Part shown: positions 62,360 to 64,000 of the stretch, one piece after another
Numbering within the stretch: position 1 is the stretch's first letter
Layout of the letters: every line of letters starts with the position of its first letter
Source: Candidatus Woesearchaeota archaeon
Lineage (GTDB): Archaea; Nanobdellota; Nanobdellia; Pacearchaeales; UBA284
Assembly: GCA_964599615.1 (NCBI GenBank)
Contig: CAZRGF010000005.1
Location: forward strand, 6,829-70,828
Direction of reading: 5' to 3'
DNA length: 64,000 bases
The notes under the pieces: model-generated
The model's input: the letters and a program-made list of their open reading frames with translations, nothing else
Told to the model about the DNA's origin: nothing
Database searches by the model: none
Position numbers and translations under genes: made by a program

Positions 62360-62657
62360 CTTGACTTCGCCAGAGATAAGTGTAAATATAACATATTTAG
62401 ATTTTATTTTTGTTTTCGAAGAATTTATGAAAAAGATTGGGAGATTGGAAGCATTTTGACTTCGCCATCAATATGTTTAATAGCAGTATCCCAAGTCAGA
62501 TTTTGTCTTCCAGAGATTTTTTAGATTATCATTATAAAAAGACTTTCTAAAAACTATTGTTAATCTCAGACATTGAACATACAGAAGGAGAATTTGGCGA
62601 AGTTGAGATTGGAAACATAATCCATTGCAGCATAACTCGCATTTGGCAAAGTTAAGT
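62360..62657. mobile_element. MITE-like element (298 bp), same family as 46245-46378 but inverted and longer
   Basis: 62360-62387 is identical to the reverse complement of 46350-46377. 62636-62657 matches the reverse complement of 46245-46266 at 20 of 22 positions. Internal extra TTGACTTCGCC (62456-62466) and GGCGAAGTTGAG (62596-62607). Confidence 0.6.
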
Positions 62658-62680
62658 TATAAATTAGTTATGCTGGGTTT

Positions 62681-64000
62681 CTAATCACGTCTGTCTCTGA
62701 GAATATAATAATGGGGCATACCACCTTTCATGAATTTTTCTTGGATTTCTTTTGCAGGCATTTGGAGAACTGCGCCAATATTTGGCAGAACACTGGATAA
62801 ATTTTGCTGTGCAAAATAATATCCTTTTCTCATATCTTCATTGTCTACAAAACAAGTGTAAGTGTCCTCTGATTTGAATCTTTTTTCTATAAGGATAGCT
62901 CCAAGTCCATAGCTATCTGAAAATTCTTTTCTTTTTTTTCTGAACCATTGTTGCAACAAGCACGGGTCTTTTTTTTGTTTATACCAATCTTCAGGAGTAA
63001 TTGTGCTTTTCTCTGTTGAAAGCCAGGTCTTGAATTGTTCAGAATTTGCTGAAAGCTCATTAAACCAATCTTCTGTATTTACCCATCTTCCCTTGCCTTC
63101 GCCTCTTTTTGATTCTTCTTCTTCAAATTTTTCTCCAAACCATTTTTTAATTAATGATGAAGTTTTGTACAAGGTATATTCAGAAGCAAGGTCATGGGTG
63201 TAGTCTGGAGAGCCTACTACTTGCCATGCATAAGTTTTTAATGGATTCTCAGTATCAGAACTGAAGTATCCATTTCTTCCTGAAAGAAAAGCAATTGCAG
63301 CTAATTCAGGATTAGTTCTATTAGCTATATCCTTTCCATGCATGAAGTTTTGTTGTTCTTGTTCTCTAAAATCATTCACATTAAATTTTGTTAAAAATTT
63401 CTCAAAAACACTTAATCTCAAATCTTTTTTTCCTTTTTTAAGTTCTCCTACAAGCTCTTTTTTTTCATCTTCACTTAGTTGCATATGTTCTTCAAAAGAA
63501 GTTTTAGTTTCTGGCGCATAAGACTTCATCAAAATTCTTCCTATCCATCCAAAAAAAGCAGAAACATCTTGAGAATCACCTTTCACCAAAGTTTTCCTTA
63601 CTAGGCGCATCATATCATCTCCCAGGTATTCATAACTTCTTTCTGGTTCATTCTCAAATCTTATATACGCCGTGCCTCTTCCTCCGGGTTCATAACCGAT
63701 TCGGTTCACTAAAGAACTTCTTCTTGAAGAATAGACTTCATATGCTATGTCAGCAAGTTTTGCTACAGAAGGAACAATACCCTTTAGGCTTTTTTCTTGA
63801 GATAATCTTGAAAAGAACACTTTTGTCAGTCTTCCTCCTACGGGCACATCGGGAAAACTGCCGGCAAATGCAGAATTCTTAAATTGTTGGATCATGTTGT
63901 GTATAAAATTTCTATCTCGTCCTGATTTGATAGCAAATTCTGTCATCTCTGCGTCAAACTGTTCATTTTCTTCTAATTCTTCTGGAAATTCATCTAATGA
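62681..64000 (-). CDS. hypothetical protein (frame stays open to the window end; 5' end may lie outside)
   Basis: The track gives 62681-63946. The frame upstream of that ATG has no stop up to nt 64000. No motif recognised. Confidence 0.55.
   Translation of the reverse strand, partial: SLDEFPEELEENEQFDAEMTEFAIKSGRDRNFIHNMIQQFKNSAFAGSFPDVPVGGRLTKVFFSRLSQEKSLKGIVPSVAKLADIAYEVYSSRRSSLVNRIGYEPGGRGTAYIRFENEPERSYEYLGDDMMRLVRKTLVKGDSQDVSAFFGWIGRILMKSYAPETKTSFEEHMQLSEDEKKELVGELKKGKKDLRLSVFEKFLTKFNVNDFREQEQQNFMHGKDIANRTNPELAAIAFLSGRNGYFSSDTENPLKTYAWQVVGSPDYTHDLASEYTLYKTSSLIKKWFGEKFEEEESKRGEGKGRWVNTEDWFNELSANSEQFKTWLSTEKSTITPEDWYKQKKDPCLLQQWFRKKRKEFSDSYGLGAILIEKRFKSEDTYTCFVDNEDMRKGYYFAQQNLSSVLPNIGAVLQMPAKEIQEKFMKGGMPHYYILRDRRD

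Noticed and set aside
1-64000. CRISPR arrays, rRNA genes, reverse transcriptase or TnpB/IscB-type nucleases
   Set aside because: No regularly spaced direct repeats were seen, no rRNA-like GC-rich blocks, and no ORF with RT (YxDD) or RuvC plus zinc-finger layout. The repeated motifs found are irregularly spaced intergenic elements.
1-64000. Bacterial (for example CPR) origin of the contig
   Set aside because: Several features favour an archaeon: the bulge-helix-bulge tRNA intron, the A1:U72 tRNA-Met, the MCM helicase, TATA-like TTTAAATA promoters and the archaeal-type ProRS and NadM-like fold. Many enzymes (Adk, NadD, NadR, NrtR) look bacterial-like, and this remains inference.

Overview
AT-rich chromosome segment that looks archaeal. 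Evidence: a tRNA with a bulge-helix-bulge intron, an A1:U72 initiator-like tRNA-Met, an MCM-family helicase, an archaeal-type ProRS and a 2-oxoacid:ferredoxin oxidoreductase. A reduced-genome, DPANN-like host is inference only. Main content in order. (1) Two tRNA genes; the second is the target of a ~7.8-kb integrated element (1416-9200) bounded by a 14-bp direct repeat. It carries a tyrosine integrase, MCM-like helicase, serine recombinase, HNH nuclease and RHH and histone-fold-like proteins. (2) Accessory and housekeeping genes: twin adenylate kinases, SIMPL, PHP, GNAT, EndoIII-like and a HEPN/MNT pair. (3) An ORFan four-gene, translationally coupled operon (17488-20070) divergent from a tandem Lrp/AsnC regulator. 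(4) The dominant feature: a ~21.7-kb, single-strand array of 24 genes (21935-43616) covering almost all of NAD(P) metabolism. It includes de novo synthesis, salvage, transport, kinases, Nudix and ARH turnover and an NrtR regulator with two 21-bp palindromic operators. Uncharacterised enzymes are interleaved: radical SAM, PLP-fold, NDT-like, two methyltransferases, a Cys-less isochorismatase paralog and ORFans. (5) ProRS, AlaX and TrmB, then a B12-binding radical-SAM operon whose neighbouring proteins share a DYD-containing motif. (6) OFOR subunits, a second tandem-Lrp regulator with an ORFan operon, ASCH, methyltransferases, PCMT and enolase. (7) Several intergenic repeat families: a leader-like ~100-nt element upstream of NAD-related genes, a small GC hairpin box, MITE-like elements and duplicated gene 3' ends. 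No CRISPR array or rRNA was seen. All functional calls come from motif recognition by eye; no database search was run.
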